From NCBI RefSeq assembly GCF_006345805.1, contig NC_043005.1, forward strand, positions 10,416,001-10,480,000: a DNA stretch of 64,000 nt, written 5' to 3'. Position numbers and translations under genes: made by a program. Of the stretch, positions 38,575 through 52,490 are shown piece after piece (the stretch's first letter is position 1; each line of letters begins with the position of its first letter). The DNA comes from Octopus sinensis (Eukaryota). Under the pieces are notes generated by a model. It saw only the letters and a list, made by a program, of their open reading frames with translations. It was not told where the DNA came from and searched no databases.

Positions 38575-40654
38575 GTATCAAATATAAGGTGCTACCTGCC
38601 AGGAGTTGTTTGGATTTTCCTACCTCAAATTAATGCTGATAATTCTAATATTACTTTATTTGTTTGAAAATCAAATATTGGGTATTAATCAATGTAAAGG
38701 GGTTCTTTTTGTTATTTGTTAAAATGAGTTATTTCAAATTTCAATAAATTCAATTTAATCGCTATGAAATTATTTTTCTCTCTTAAAATTTCAAGCGACT
38801 CTTTTTTTCTTTTACCCAAAAGAATGTCATTAGTTATAGGTTTCAGTCAGTACCCATATATTTAGTATCGAATGTATACCGCTTTATTAGAATAGACAAT
38901 CTTCTTTAATCTGTTCGGTTTTAATTTTCTATTTAATTTTTTTTTTTTACTTTGATTAGGTTTTTTGAAGTAAAAATCGAATTTAATTATAAGGGAAATA
39001 ACTCTAACATGGAACTGATTATTTCCCTTGAACTATGTTTCCATATTCAAATCATATTTTCTATATTTAAAAATGTATTGTATTCAATCTCTCCTCCATT
39101 TAAGACGTATCTGATATTTCATAACATTACGCTTTTAACTCAATGATTAATAAGATTTATATATAGAAGGGTTTTTAAATCGAGACGTTATTTCAATTAA
39201 AATAATTCTGCAATTATCATGTAGATCTTAAAATTATGTTTTATTTACAAAAGGATCTCTTTTTTTCAATTTTTCATAACAATTATTCACTTTATTCAAA
39301 TGTATAGATACTATATAACACCTCCAAATAGTATGTTAACTCTTTGCTATTACATTAGATCACTGAACAATATTTGTTACTTCACTAAACATCACTTTAG
39401 CCATTGAAATGAAAGCAAATAAACTTATCTTGTTGTCACTATCTTATTATCATTGCTAGTTCTTACATCTTACTGAAAACCACGTTTTGGGACTGCATGT
39501 ATGATATTCTGTTAATTCTTTCTTTTGTTTTCTTATCAGTGAAAGACATAGACATCAGTGAGAAGAATGCTGATAAACTGATGTCTGTTAAGCAAAAAAT
39601 ACTTTGTGACATTATTCTATTCAAGCTGCCAAGGCATACCCTTGTCATTCTCACTACTGGAAATGCACTAAGCCAGGGGATTACCTGTTGGAAATCTATG
39701 ACCAATAATACAATTATTCACTATCACACATGATTTAAAAAATAGCATTCTTAACCCTTTTGATACCAACCTGGCCAAAACCGCCTCTGGTTCTGTAGTA
39801 CAAATGTCTTGTTTCCATAAGTTTTGAATTAAAATCTTCCACCAAACCTTAGTCACAATTTATGTTCCTAACACCTGCTTAATTATTGCTAAGTTATTTT
39901 ACTAAATTCTTTGTTATATTTAAAGTAATTGAAGTAATTATTGTTGAGCGTGTAGAACTTGCCAAATCAGATGAGCAGCATACTAAATGCTTTGTGGTAT
40001 TTACTTATAAATCCCATTTTGCATTTCCACCTGTTAAGACCAGTATAACAAGATACCTGTCATGTATTTGACATCAATGTAATTTACTATATTCTCATGT
40101 GAAATTCATGCCCCTGTGCCTATATTAGGTACCATTTATTGTCGAAACTAATAATTTATTTGATTTATGAAGCAAGTAATAAAATTCATAATGACTTTGT
40201 AAGAAGTTTGCAGACTTGACTTTGAATTTAATCTCAGCTCACTTTTTTTTTTTTCTTTGCTTTTTTGTTTTGCTCTTTTTGTAGTGAATAATTGCAAAAA
40301 TCAAGAAAAGTTTCCCTGTTTTGATGTTTGTTAGTAAATCTATATGAGGAACTGCTCTATATAGGTGCTTGTATTTTATATTTTCATCACATAACATAAA
40401 ACTGCTTGAGTGTTGACAATTTATGAATGATTAGAAGTAGATTATGATTCAGTTGAGTTACCCATCTGTAAATTTTATTTGGCTGTAAAATAAACATAAG
40501 TAAGTTAATTACCTAAAATTTATCTGTTTATCTATCTATCCATATGTACACACACACACAGAGGATAGATAGATAAATAGATAGATAGATAGATAGATAG
40601 AGAGAGAGTGAGAGAGAGAGAGAGAGAGGGATTATTTGTGTTAAAAAGCATCAT

Positions 40655-40872
40655 CCGATCATGGCCGTTTGCCAGACTCGTCTGGCACCTGTGCGGGTGG
40701 TATGTAAAAAGCACCCACTACACTCATGGGGTGGTTGGCATTAGGAAGGGCATCCAGCTGTAGAAACATTGCCAGATCAAACTGGGCCTGGTGCAGCCTT
40801 CTGGCTTCCCAGACCCCAGTTGAACCGTTCAACCCATGCTAGCATGGAAAGCGAACGCTAAACGATGATGAT
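40655..40872 (+). mobile_element. RTE 3'UTR fragment
   Basis: ggttggcattaggaagggcatccagctgtag...gatgatgatga tail. Confidence 0.88.
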
Positions 40873-41524
40873 GAAATACTATATTTTTGTAATTACATGA
40901 CTTCTATAATTGGTACGCTGGTTTTGCAAGTGACTTTGTATGAAGCCCTGTACTGAAACTGAATTAAGTTCTTTAAACTATTACCACAAAACAATAATCA
41001 TTATAATAATGCAAGTGAATGATATATCAGTAATGTTTGTCATAAATGGCTGATATCTCTCATCCAGATTCTGTCTTTTATTGAGTACAAGTAAAACTTC
41101 AACGCTAAAATCTTTTATGTCTCCAAAATTCACTCTATTCTAAACTGCAGTATAATAAATTAAATATTCCATAGTTCTGTTCTTTCTTATCTATTCTTTC
41201 ATCTAGAACATGGATTTTATTTCATATTTAAAGTACACCCAATGACTTTGATCATATACCATGTTTTCACCAGTTGTTTTAAGTGCTTGTGTAATCATGA
41301 GTGGACATAGATGTTCTCTTTCCCACTCCTCTCGCTCTTGATCCAGCAAAACATCCAGAATGTAGCAGCAAGAAGGAGAGAGGGCTGCACCAGCATCTGA
41401 ATGGTACTCATTACAGATGAGTTGAGTAGAACAAAAATGAAGTGCCTTCCTTAAGGACACAATGCACCACCTGATCTGAGGATTAAAACCAAAAACATGA
41501 TCATGAGCTGAACACCATAACCTA

Positions 41525-41752
41525 TTTCTTTATTACCCACAAGGGGCTAAACACAGAGGGGACAAACAAGGACAGACATAGGTATTAAGTCGATTACATC
41601 GACCCCAGTGCGTAACTGGTACTTAATTTATCGACCCTGAAAGGATGAAAGGCAAAGTCGACCTTGGCAGAATTTGAACTCACAACGTAACGCAGACGAA
41701 ATACCGCTAAGCATTTCGCCCGGCGTGCTAACATTTCTGCCAGCTCGCCACC
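41525..41752 (-). mobile_element. tRNA-derived SINE family B, near full length
   Basis: Minus-strand head aaggtggcgagctggcagaa...gagttcaaattc (B box), central gtcgactttgcctttcatcctttcagggtcgataaattaagtaccag, tail ending ...gtaataaagaaa. Confidence 0.88.
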
Positions 41753-42745
41753 TTGTCACCTTAACACCTTAACCACTAGACTGCGCACCTTCATTACTTA
41801 CTTACACAATTTTACACAAAGTAAATAAAATTATAAAGAAAGACACTAGTTTAAAAAAATTGTGTGTTTCAAAATTCACCCATATGTGTTGAAATCATTC
41901 TAGATTTTGTTGTTGATGTAGTTGTTCTGGGCGAACGACCCTGTCTCTTTAAGGAATACCTAGGATTACATTATTATACGTGTTCTGGAGTTGTTTTGAG
42001 ATGGCTGAGTGTTAGATGAGGAGAGTTTAGTTGTCATTTCCAGCAGGTTGACCAACCATGTAGCAGCTCCTTCAGTGGCTCTATCATTCTAGTTTTTATT
42101 TTAAAGTGGGAAGTCAACATAATTTTTATAATTTTGAAATATACGTTACTGCATAATTAAAAGATCAGTTGCTCAATTACATCTTTGGATAGCTTTATTT
42201 GTTGTTGTTATTGTTATTGATATTTATTTCCAAGTCAGTTCTAATTCAATGAATTTTAAGATTAAAACTACACAACCCATCATCATTTTCTTTTGCTAGA
42301 CATAGTGTATCTAAGTCTATATTATATGCTGTCTCTGTAATTTTTGGAGGTAGATTTAGCTTCTGTAACTAACAGTCTCCTTTATTAATGTTTGTAATCA
42401 CAGCTTTAATTTGCAATCATTGGGAAAAAACTCCCCAAAATCTCACTCTATTCTCTCTTTTAAATTAGGCATCGCACGATAATATTTTCAATGTCATGTT
42501 ACATTTTTAAATAACCTTAACATTAATCAGCTAAGTTAGATGTCCTTTTTAATATCTTGTTCCACGTTTTGCATTTTTCAGCTTTAATACTTCTACTTAA
42601 ATTCTGTTACTTCCAATCTTTGTAATTTAGAATGTGATCAACAAGTTAGTAGATTTTTAAATGTTCACTTTTACCCTAAAAGCTTATAGCCGCCTAATAA
42701 CAAGCAAATATAAATCATAGAAACAAATACAGATGAACATATATA

Positions 42746-43152
42746 TAGGCGCAGGAGTGGCTGTGTGGTAAGTAGCTTGCTTACCAACCACACAGTTCTG
42801 GGTTCAGTCCCACTGCGTGGCACCTTGGGCAAATGTCTTCTACTATAGCCTTGGGCCGACCAAAGCCTTGTGAGTGGATTTGGTAGACAGAAATTGAAAG
42901 AAGCCCGTCGTATATATGTATATATATATATATATGTTTGTGTTTGTGTGTCTGTGTTTGTCCCCCTAGCATTGTTTGACAACCGATGCTGGTGTGTTTA
43001 CGTCCCTGTAACTTAGCGGTTCGGCAAAAGAGACCGATAGAATAAGTACTAGGCTTACAAAGAATAAGTCCCGGGGTCGATTTGCTCGACTAAAGGCGGT
43101 GCTCCAGCATGGCTGCAGTCAAATGACTGAAACAAGTAAAAGAGTAAAAGAG

Positions 43153-43153
<1 letters not shown>
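42746..43153 (+). mobile_element. SINE family A, full length
   Basis: Near-consensus copy with an aaagagtaaaagagta tail. Confidence 0.9.
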
Positions 43154-43177
<24 letters not shown>

Positions 43178-43183
<6 letters not shown>

Positions 43184-44355
43184 TTTAATCTTTAATCATC
43201 ATAGTCTTTGTCATTGGCATAGTGGTTGTATTTGTTCTCTCCAATAATATTATCTCCAACCATGTCGCTACACATTCTTCTTATTTAAAAATTAGCAATC
43301 TCAACAACTATGCTAATCATATAGCCTCTATGTGGTCATTCAACTTTCTACGAATATCAAAAGAATCTCCCTCATGTCACCTTTCTATTTTAAAAATATG
43401 ATATATTGGATATTGTAGTCTGGGATATTTGTGTCAGAAACAAGATGGGATGGTCATGGCTGGAATGTTTTTAATCATACATCTCTTTTATCAGAGCTAA
43501 TTTCAGGAATAAGCAGCTACAAATATATTTCTTTTATATTATCCAAAATGAAAATGTCAATTTTCCTTTTAAAATAAATTACTTAAATAATGTGCCACTC
43601 TGTAGTGATGACAGTTTTAAATATATATTCTAGGAATGCTGGTAGGGGAGAATCAATTCTTGTGTAGTAACAACATGTTTGTCATAAATTATATATCCTA
43701 ATGTATTGTTTTTTGGAGGTCATCTTCCTACTTTTGCAACACGTAATAATTCCTTTTTACTTATTTTTTTCTTATAACCCTTAATTGTATTTCTGCATTT
43801 TGTTGGTTTCTCTACTAGTGTAAACAACTTCACATTAACATAATTTTTACCATTATCTAAAGAGTTGTTTCCCATATGCTATGTGCCACCAGTAGATAGC
43901 GTTAGTCTAGTTTAATTCCATCGTTCTTGATTGAGTAGTTGATATTTTACTTCCAATGCACAATGCAATGCACGCACACACTCACATATGTATATGTGTG
44001 CATATACATGTACAAACGATGGCATACATATTTATACATATCTACCCACACACACACACATATTGATGTTTCTTAGTTTATCATATTTCTTCTCTCTGAG
44101 TGTGAAAGAAAACTATTGTAGTATTATTTGCCTGAATCTCATTTATTGCCAAACACAATTAATTCCTGTATTGAATATTGAAATAAACAACAAATGGGGG
44201 TGGCTGGTTGCAAACAGGGTGGCTGCAGTAGAAATTAACATTGATTTTCAATATGGATATATAAATAAGCTTTCTAAACTTTTGCTAGATAAAGTGTGTG
44301 TATATATATATATTTGATATTTGCCTAATAGTGGTTTTATCTCTAATTTAATATA

Positions 44356-44403
<48 letters not shown>

Positions 44404-45587
44404 ATATATTTATTTTAATCTTTAATCATCATAGTCTTTGTCATTGGCATAGTGGTTGTATTTGTTCTCTCCAATAATATTATCTCCAACCATGTCGCTA
44501 CACATTCTTCTTATTTAAAAATTAGCAATCTCAACAACTATGCTAATCATATAGCCTCTATGTGGTCATTCAACTTTCTACGAATATCAAAAGAATCTCC
44601 CTCATGTCACCTTTCTATTTTAAAAATATGATATATTGGATATTGTAGTCTGGGATATTTGTGTCAGAAACAAGATGGGATGGTCATGGCTGAATGTTTT
44701 TAATCATACATCTCTTTTATCAGAGCTAATTTCAGGAATAAGCAGCTACAAATATATTTCTTTTATATTATCCAAAATGAAAATGTCAATTTTCCTTTTA
44801 AAATAAATTACTTAAATAATGTGCCACTCTGTAGTGATGACAGTTTTAAATATATATTCTAGGAATGCTGGTAGGGGAGAATCAATTCTTGTGTAGTAAC
44901 AACATGTTTGTCATAAATTATATATCCTAATGTATTGTTTTTTGGAGGTCATCTTCCTACTTTTGCAACACGTAATAATTCCTTTTTACTTATTTTTTTC
45001 TTATAACCCTTAATTGTATTTCTGCATTTTGTTGGTTTCTCTACTAGTGTAAACAACTTCACATTAACATAATTTTTATCATTATCTAAAGAGTTGTTTC
45101 CCATATGCTATGTGCCACCAGTAGATAGCGTTAGTCTAGTTTAATTCCATCGTTCTTGATTGAGTAGTTGATATTTTACTTCCAATGCACAATGCAATGC
45201 ACGCACACACTCACATATTATATGTGTGCATATACATGTACAAACGATGGCATACATATTTATACATATCTACCCACACACACACACACACATATTGATG
45301 TTTCTTAGTTTATCATATTTCTTCTCTCTGAGTGTGAAAGAAAACTATTGTAGTATTATTTGCCTGAATCTCATTTATTGCCAAACACAATTAATTCCTG
45401 TATTGAATATTGAAATAAACAACAAATGGGGGTGGCTGGTTGCAAACAGGGTGGCTGCAGTAGAAATTAACATTGATTTTCAATATGGATATATAAATAA
45501 GCTTTCTAAACTTTTGCTAGATAAAGTGTGTGTATATATATATATTTGATATTTGCCTAATAGTGGTTTTATCTCTAATTTAATATA

Positions 45588-45600
<13 letters not shown>
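43178..45600 (+). repeat. Tandem duplication of a ~1.23-kb unit (43178-44360 and 44407-45595)
   Basis: Near-identical sequence repeated, with (TA)n tracts at all three junctions. Confidence 0.95.
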
Positions 45601-45644
<44 letters not shown>

Positions 45645-46739
45645 ATATGTATGTATATATGCGTGTGAGAATGTGTGTGTGTGCATGCACACGTGCATGT
45701 GAATGTGTGTGGTTGCCTTTTTGTGTGCATATTTGTATGTATAATCCAGAATAAATTCAATTTATAGTTAATGATATTTGCTTAATAAATTTCCACAAAG
45801 GATTTTTTCTATATCTCCCTTGTATATTATGACTGTTCTGTATAGATTTGATATTTAAAAAAAAATGCTTAATAATGTGAATATTTATTAAATTTACTGT
45901 TTTTCAAAGAAAGCTAGGCAATAGGAAAATTCTGATTTTTAGCTGTTTAAGATATAGGATTCTATATAATTATCAATACTTCCATACCTTTAAGAATCAT
46001 GAGATATGTGTTGGTAGAAAAAAAAAATCACATTGAAAATAAAAGGAATGGTTTCTGTGATCCTTGACAACCAAGCGTTAGAATATCCCAAGCAGCTTGT
46101 TCAGCCATCTTTACCAAGGTCACATATATAGCTTAAATCTTAGTGTTTTTGCTATTGAAAAACTGCATAATCTTGCATGGAAATATTTTCAGATATTCTT
46201 TCAGTGGTTATAATTTCATTGAATATAAATGTCAGTCAAACAAGAAATGAAACTATTGAACTAAAATATAAAATTTAACTCCTTTAATAAACTGATTAAA
46301 TATTTAGCATCTCTTCGTGAGACTTTATTAATATCAAATATACTTTGTTTGATGATGCTCCAGCTTGGCATCAGACATGATGACTACAACAAACTAAAGG
46401 ATATATAATTCGATATTAATTGTATATTCAGTAATCTCCATTATAAATATGGCTTTAAAGCAGTGATTTAATTTAGGTATTTTATTTTCTAGTAACCTCA
46501 TTTGAATTAAATAATTAATATCTTAATTATCAAATAATTCAATATGTTTATTCATCTATATATTTGGTTGCTAATTTGTAATCACTAATTATAAATTGAA
46601 GCCCACTCTATAAATGATCATAAACATATACATACATTTATATATGTATGTATATATAAGAAAAATTATATATATATATATGTGTATGTGTATATATATA
46701 TATATACACACACATTGTGTGTGTGTGTATGTTACACAC

Positions 46740-46795
<56 letters not shown>

Positions 46796-47701
46796 ATATA
46801 TGTATGTATGTATATGTGTTATTTAACATTTAGAATCTTCTGAATATGCACGTATACATATGTTTTAAATATTTTTTTTCTTTCAATAGACTCATACAAA
46901 CCCATTTTATTGATTTACATATGCATGAAATAAAATTAAATATTAAAAATTTAGAGTGATTTGATAAAAAGAGGAATCTACAAATGAAAGAAAAAACAAG
47001 TCTATTCTCGCAATTCTAAAATTATAAAAATAATGTTCCTCTTCGTTCATTTCCAAAAACATTTTAACCAATATATGTAGCCGTATTTATTTATAAGGTT
47101 TTTATTTCATGAACTGTATGCACACAGGCTTCAGTAATTTATGAAAACCTCGGAGTGCTACTATCATAGCAGCTACTACTCAATACTGCGTTTAATATAA
47201 GGCAGAAGCTGTTTATGTGAATGCAACAAAAGCTACTACTGTTATTGGTTTGACTAAAGCACTACATTAGCTTGGCTGGACCTTACTCTCTGACCAACTG
47301 CAACCATCATTTTGTGTTCAACATACATAATCATTTGGACAACAGATGTATTGGCTAGACTTATGCTGCTTCACTCTAATTTTATGACAGAATGAAATAA
47401 AGATTAATTATATATGTATTCCTATTCTAACATGGATGAAGAGAATGTGTATGTGAATATGCATATAATATCTGTGTGTGTGTGTGTGTGTCGAGAGAAA
47501 GAGAGAAGGGGGAGGAAGATAGACAGATACAGAGACAGACTGATAGATAGAGAAATAGCTAGATAGACAGACAGTCATATTACATACTGTTCCTAAAAAG
47601 CAAATGCTAATACACTTCCAATAAATTGAATAAATGTATGCATTCTTGTCAAAGAAGTCAGACCTGGCCTAGCTAACTCAACGACACACACACAAACACA
47701 C

Positions 47702-47741
<40 letters not shown>

Positions 47742-47931
47742 CGTAAACGTCAGTCACATAAATTTATATTGTCTGAAAATATTTCTTCGTCTAGTGATTC
47801 GTATGTTTTGGGGTAGATGTTCATGGTTTCATATTTGGATATGGATAGGTGTACATATGTTTGCATGCATGTATGTGAGTGAGTGTATAGGTATATTATA
47901 TACGTGTGTGGGCAAAGGTATGTGTGTATAA

Positions 47932-47975
<44 letters not shown>

Positions 47976-48039
47976 GTATAGACACACATACATATGCACA
48001 TAATATTCTCTGTTACTTTTACATTGATTTTTCTTTACT

Positions 48040-48058
48040 GGTATGGGTTGGATAATGC

Positions 48059-48095
<37 letters not shown>

Positions 48096-48230
48096 ATATG
48101 TTTGTATATATTTATGTATATATATATATGTGGGTGGGTGTATGTATGTGAATATATATATATATATGTTTATATGTGTATGTATATATGTATATATGTG
48201 TATATATATATGTGCATATATATATATATT

Positions 48231-48261
<31 letters not shown>

Positions 48262-48981
48262 GTGTGTGTGTATGTATATATGTGTGTGTGTGTGTGTGTA
48301 TCATCATCAGCATCATTTAGCATATGTTGTCCATGCTGGCATGGGTTGGACTGTTTAACTAAGGCTGGCAAGCTGGAAGGCTGCACCAGACACCAATCTG
48401 ATCTGGCATGGTTTCTGTGGTTGGATGCCTTTCCTAACACCAACTACTCTGAGAGTATAATGGGTACTATTATGTGCCACTGGTATGGGTGCCATTTGTT
48501 TGACACCTGTATCTGTCACCACTGTGCTTTTACTTCGCTTGATGAGTCTTCTTCTATATGTATGTATACATGTATATGTATACATATATGTATACATATA
48601 TGTATATATATATATATATATATACCCATATATATATATATATATACACATACATATATGTATACATACACATATACATACATATATGTATACATACACA
48701 TGTATACATACATATATGTATACATGTGTATGTATACATATATGTATGTATATGTGTATGTATACATATATGTATGTGTATATATATATATGGGTATATA
48801 TATATATATATGTATGTATATACATATGTATATGTATGTGCGTATATATATATATATATATGTGTGTGTGTATGTATGTTTGTATATGTCTTCATATATG
48901 TATTTGTATGTGTGTATTTATGTATTCATGTTTATATATGTGTGTATGTATTTATGTTTGTATATATGTGTGCGTGTATAT

Positions 48982-49063
<82 letters not shown>

Positions 49064-49197
49064 TATATATGTCTATGTACATACGTATATGTGTGTGTGT
49101 ATTTATGTATATATACATGTGTATATATGTATGTATAAACATGTCTTTGTATATATTTATATATGTGTATATGCATGTACATATGTATATATATATA

Positions 49198-49236
<39 letters not shown>

Positions 49237-49265
49237 ATATATATATATATATATACGTGTGTATG
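48040..49265. repeat. Compound TA/TG microsatellite block containing an RTE 3'UTR fragment (48300-48545, -)
   Basis: Direct inspection; explains the 437-aa pseudo-ORF. Confidence 0.95.
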
Positions 49266-49269
49266 TATC

Positions 49270-49575
49270 TGGCCCCCGTGCCGGTGGCACGTAAAAAGCA
49301 CCATCCGTTCGTGGCCATTGCCAGCCTCGCTTGGCCCCCGTGCCGGTGGCACATAAAAAGCACCATCCGATCATGGCCGTTTGCCAGACTCGTCTGGCAC
49401 GTAAAAAGCACCCACTACACTCATGGAGTGGTTGGCGTTAGGAAGGGCATCCAGCCATAGTAACATTGCCAGATCAAACTGGGCCTGGTGCAGCCTTCTG
49501 GCTTCCCAGACCCCAGTTGAGCCGTCCAACCCATGCTAGCATGGAAAGCGGACGCTAAACGATGATGATGATGAT
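49270..49575 (+). mobile_element. RTE 3'UTR with ~62-bp tandem units
   Basis: Units at 49270-49331 and 49332-49394 plus a partial third, then the standard tail (GAT)n. Confidence 0.9.
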
Positions 49576-49599
49576 ATGTGTATATACATGTATATTGTC

Positions 49600-51625
49600 G
49601 TTTATCATCATCATTGTTTAATGTCTGCTTTCCATGCTGGCATGGCTTGGAGAGTTTGAGGGCTGGCAAGCCAGAAGGATGCACCAGGCTCTAATCTGAT
49701 CTGGCAAAGTTTCTACAGCTGGATGCCCTTCCTAATGCCAACCACTCTGAGACTGTAGTGGGTGCTTTTTATGTAAGACTAACACAATGGCCCATCAGGA
49801 GGTACTGACATTGACACGCTCAAATGGTGATTTTTACATGCTACTGTCATGGGACCAGTCAGATAGCACTGGTATTGACCAGGCTTGAATGGTGCTTTGT
49901 ATGTGCCACCGGCATGGGTGCCAATCAGGCAGTACTGTCATCGTCCCTGACAATGACTTCATTTGACTCAACAGGTCTTTGCAAGCACAGTTTATTGCCC
50001 AATGATTGAAAGGTACTCTTAAATGGCCTGGTTATGCTGCACTGGCATAAGCCATGGTTACGGTCTCACTTGGTTTGCCGGGTCTTCTCAAGCACAGCAT
50101 ATCTCCAAAGGTCTCGGTTATTTGTCATCACCTCCCTGAGGCCCAACGTTTGAAGGTTATGCATCACCATCTCATCCCAGGTCTTCCTGGGTCTGCCTCT
50201 TCCACAGGTTCCCTCTACTGCTAGGGTGTGACACTTTTTCACACAGCTGTCCTCATTCATACGCAATACATAACCATACCAGCACAGTCATCTCTCTTGC
50301 ACACCACATCTCATGCTTCTTATGTCCAACTTTTCTCTCAGCGTGCTTACACTCTGTCATGTGTGCACACTGACATTACACACCCAGTGGAGCATACTAG
50401 CTTCATTCCTTGCAAGCTTATGCATGTCCTCAGCAGTCATGGCCCATATTTCACTGCCATGTAGCATGGCCGTTTGCACACATGCATCATACACTCTGCC
50501 TTTGACTCTGATCGAGAGGTCCTTTGTCACCACCAGAGGTAGGAACTCTCTGAGCTTTACCCAGGCTATTCTTATTCTAGCAGCTACACTCTCAGAGCAT
50601 CCACTCCAACTACTGACTTGATCACCCAGGTAACGAAAGCTATCAACTACTTCTAGATTTTTTCCCTAGCATGTCATGGAAGCTGTTTTCTGCACATTTT
50701 CACTGTTTATTGCCTCTGAGCATTTGCCACACACAAAAACTGTCTTCCCATTTAGTCTTCCTTTGATATTGCTGCACCTCTTATGTGTCCATAGCTTACA
50801 CTGGGTACATCTTACGGAGTTTCTACCTACGCCTTTCCTACAGATCCTGAAGGGATTTGTGATTTGTATGTCTTCCTACTTATTAAGACTTTGGTTTTTG
50901 CTAGATTGACTCTAAGGCCCTTCGATTCTAGACCATGCTTCCATGCCTGAAACTTCTCTAGTTCTGATAGTGACTCAACTATTAGAGCAAGGTCATCAGC
51001 ATAGAGAAGCTTCCAGAGACATCCTGTCTTGAATTCCTCTGTTATTGCCTGGAGGACTATGATGAATAAGAGGGGGCTGAGGACTGATCCTTGGTGGAGC
51101 CCTACTCCTACCAGGAATTCTTTACTATACTCATTGCCAAACCTCACCTTACTGACAGCATGGCTTGTACAGCTCTCACTAACCACTCATCTATCCCTAG
51201 TTTCTGCATTGACCACCAGATAAGTGATTGGGGGACCCTGTCAAAGGACTTCTTCATGTCAACAAAAGCCAGATACAGAGGTTTATCTTTGGCTAGGTAT
51301 TTCTCTTGGAGCTGTCTTACAAGAAATATAGCATCAGTGGTGCTTTTCCCTAGCACAAACCCGAACTGCATCTCATCTAAACTGACTCTCTCCCTAATTA
51401 GTTGGACTGTAACCCTCTATGTGACTTTCATTACCTGATCCAGCAACTTGATACCTCTGTCATTATTCATATCTAACACACCACTTTTACCTTTGTAGCA
51501 GTTGACAATGGTGCTGCTACACCAGTCATTGGGTATGACTCCATATAGTCCTGATGGGTGACTAGGTTATAGCCGACACCACCAGATATTTTAAGCATCT
51601 CTGTAGTGATGCCTGATGGATGGGG
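49600..51625 (-). mobile_element. 5'-truncated RTE-clade LINE (RT domain to 3'UTR), frameshifted
   Basis: QFGFVLGKSTTDAIFLVRQLQEKY...AFVDMKKSFDRVP, GLHQGSVLSPLLF...LLYADDLAL, and GRGRPRKTWDE...RDLWR, followed by the 3'UTR whose end matches all (GAT)n-tailed fragments. Confidence 0.95.
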
Positions 51626-51719
51626 GGGGGGTCCTGTCTTCATACCCTTAATTGCTTTATGTATGTATGTATGTATGTATGTATGTATGTATGTATGTAT
51701 GTATGTATGTATGTATGCA

Positions 51720-51925
51720 TGGGCCCCACACCAGATGGCTGGACTTGATTAAAGATGATCTCCAGAGGCTTGATGGCATCTGGAGAATGTGAAGAGGCTG
51801 GTATGGGACAGCCAGTGATGGAGAGCATTGGTAGACCTGGTCAGCTCTATGCATGAAGACACCTTTGCAACCACTAACCTAGGATGACTCCAGCCCCACC
51901 AAGCTAGAGCTTGAAGCAAGCAAGT
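51720..51925 (+). mobile_element. 3' end of a second RTE-like family
   Basis: Encodes P.TRWLDLIKDDLQRL...W.ALVDLVSS and ends in an (AAGC)n-like tail. Confidence 0.65.
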
Positions 51926-51959
51926 ATGTGTGTGTATATATATATATATATAATCACAC

Positions 51960-52052
51960 TAGAGTCTGGTGCAGCCTTCTAGCTTGCCAGCCCTGGTCAA
52001 ACCATCTAACCCATGCCAGCATGGACAACAGACGTTAAATGATGATGATGTT
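51960..52052 (+). mobile_element. RTE 3'UTR terminal fragment
   Basis: ctggtgcagccttctagcttgccagc...gacgttaaatgatgatgatg. Confidence 0.85.
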
Positions 52053-52075
52053 ATATATATATATATGCATATATA

Positions 52076-52490
52076 GGCGCAGGAGTGGCTGTGTGGTAAG
52101 TAGCTTGCTAACCAACCACATGGTTCCGGGTTCAGTCCCACTGCGTGGCACCTTGGGTAAGTGTCTTCTACTATAGCCTCGGGCCGACCAAAGCCTTGTG
52201 AGTGGATTCGGTAGATGGAAACTGAAAGAAGCCCGTCGTATATATGTATATAATATATATATATATGCGTGTGTGTGTTTGTGTGTCTGTGTTTGTCCCC
52301 TAGCATTGCTTGACAACTGATGCTGGTGTGTTTATGTCCCCGTCACTTAGCGGTTCGGCAAAAGAGACTGATAGAATAAGTACTGGGCTTACAAAAGAAT
52401 AAGTCCCGGGGTCGAGTTGCTCGATTAAAGGCTGTGCTCCAGCATGGCCGCAGTCAAATGACCGAAACAAGTAAAAGAGCAAAAGAGTAT
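52076..52490 (+). mobile_element. SINE family A, full length
   Basis: Near-consensus copy. Confidence 0.9.

Noticed and set aside
43988-45549. Duplicated ~108-aa ORFs as paralogous genes
   Set aside because: They begin and end in microsatellites inside the tandem duplication; no recognisable domain.
48043-49356. 437-aa ORF and the many other YI/VC/HT-rich ORFs
   Set aside because: Translations of dinucleotide microsatellites; no coding signal.
49270-49412. CRISPR-like array
   Set aside because: Eukaryotic context, no unique spacers; these are tandem units of an RTE 3'UTR.
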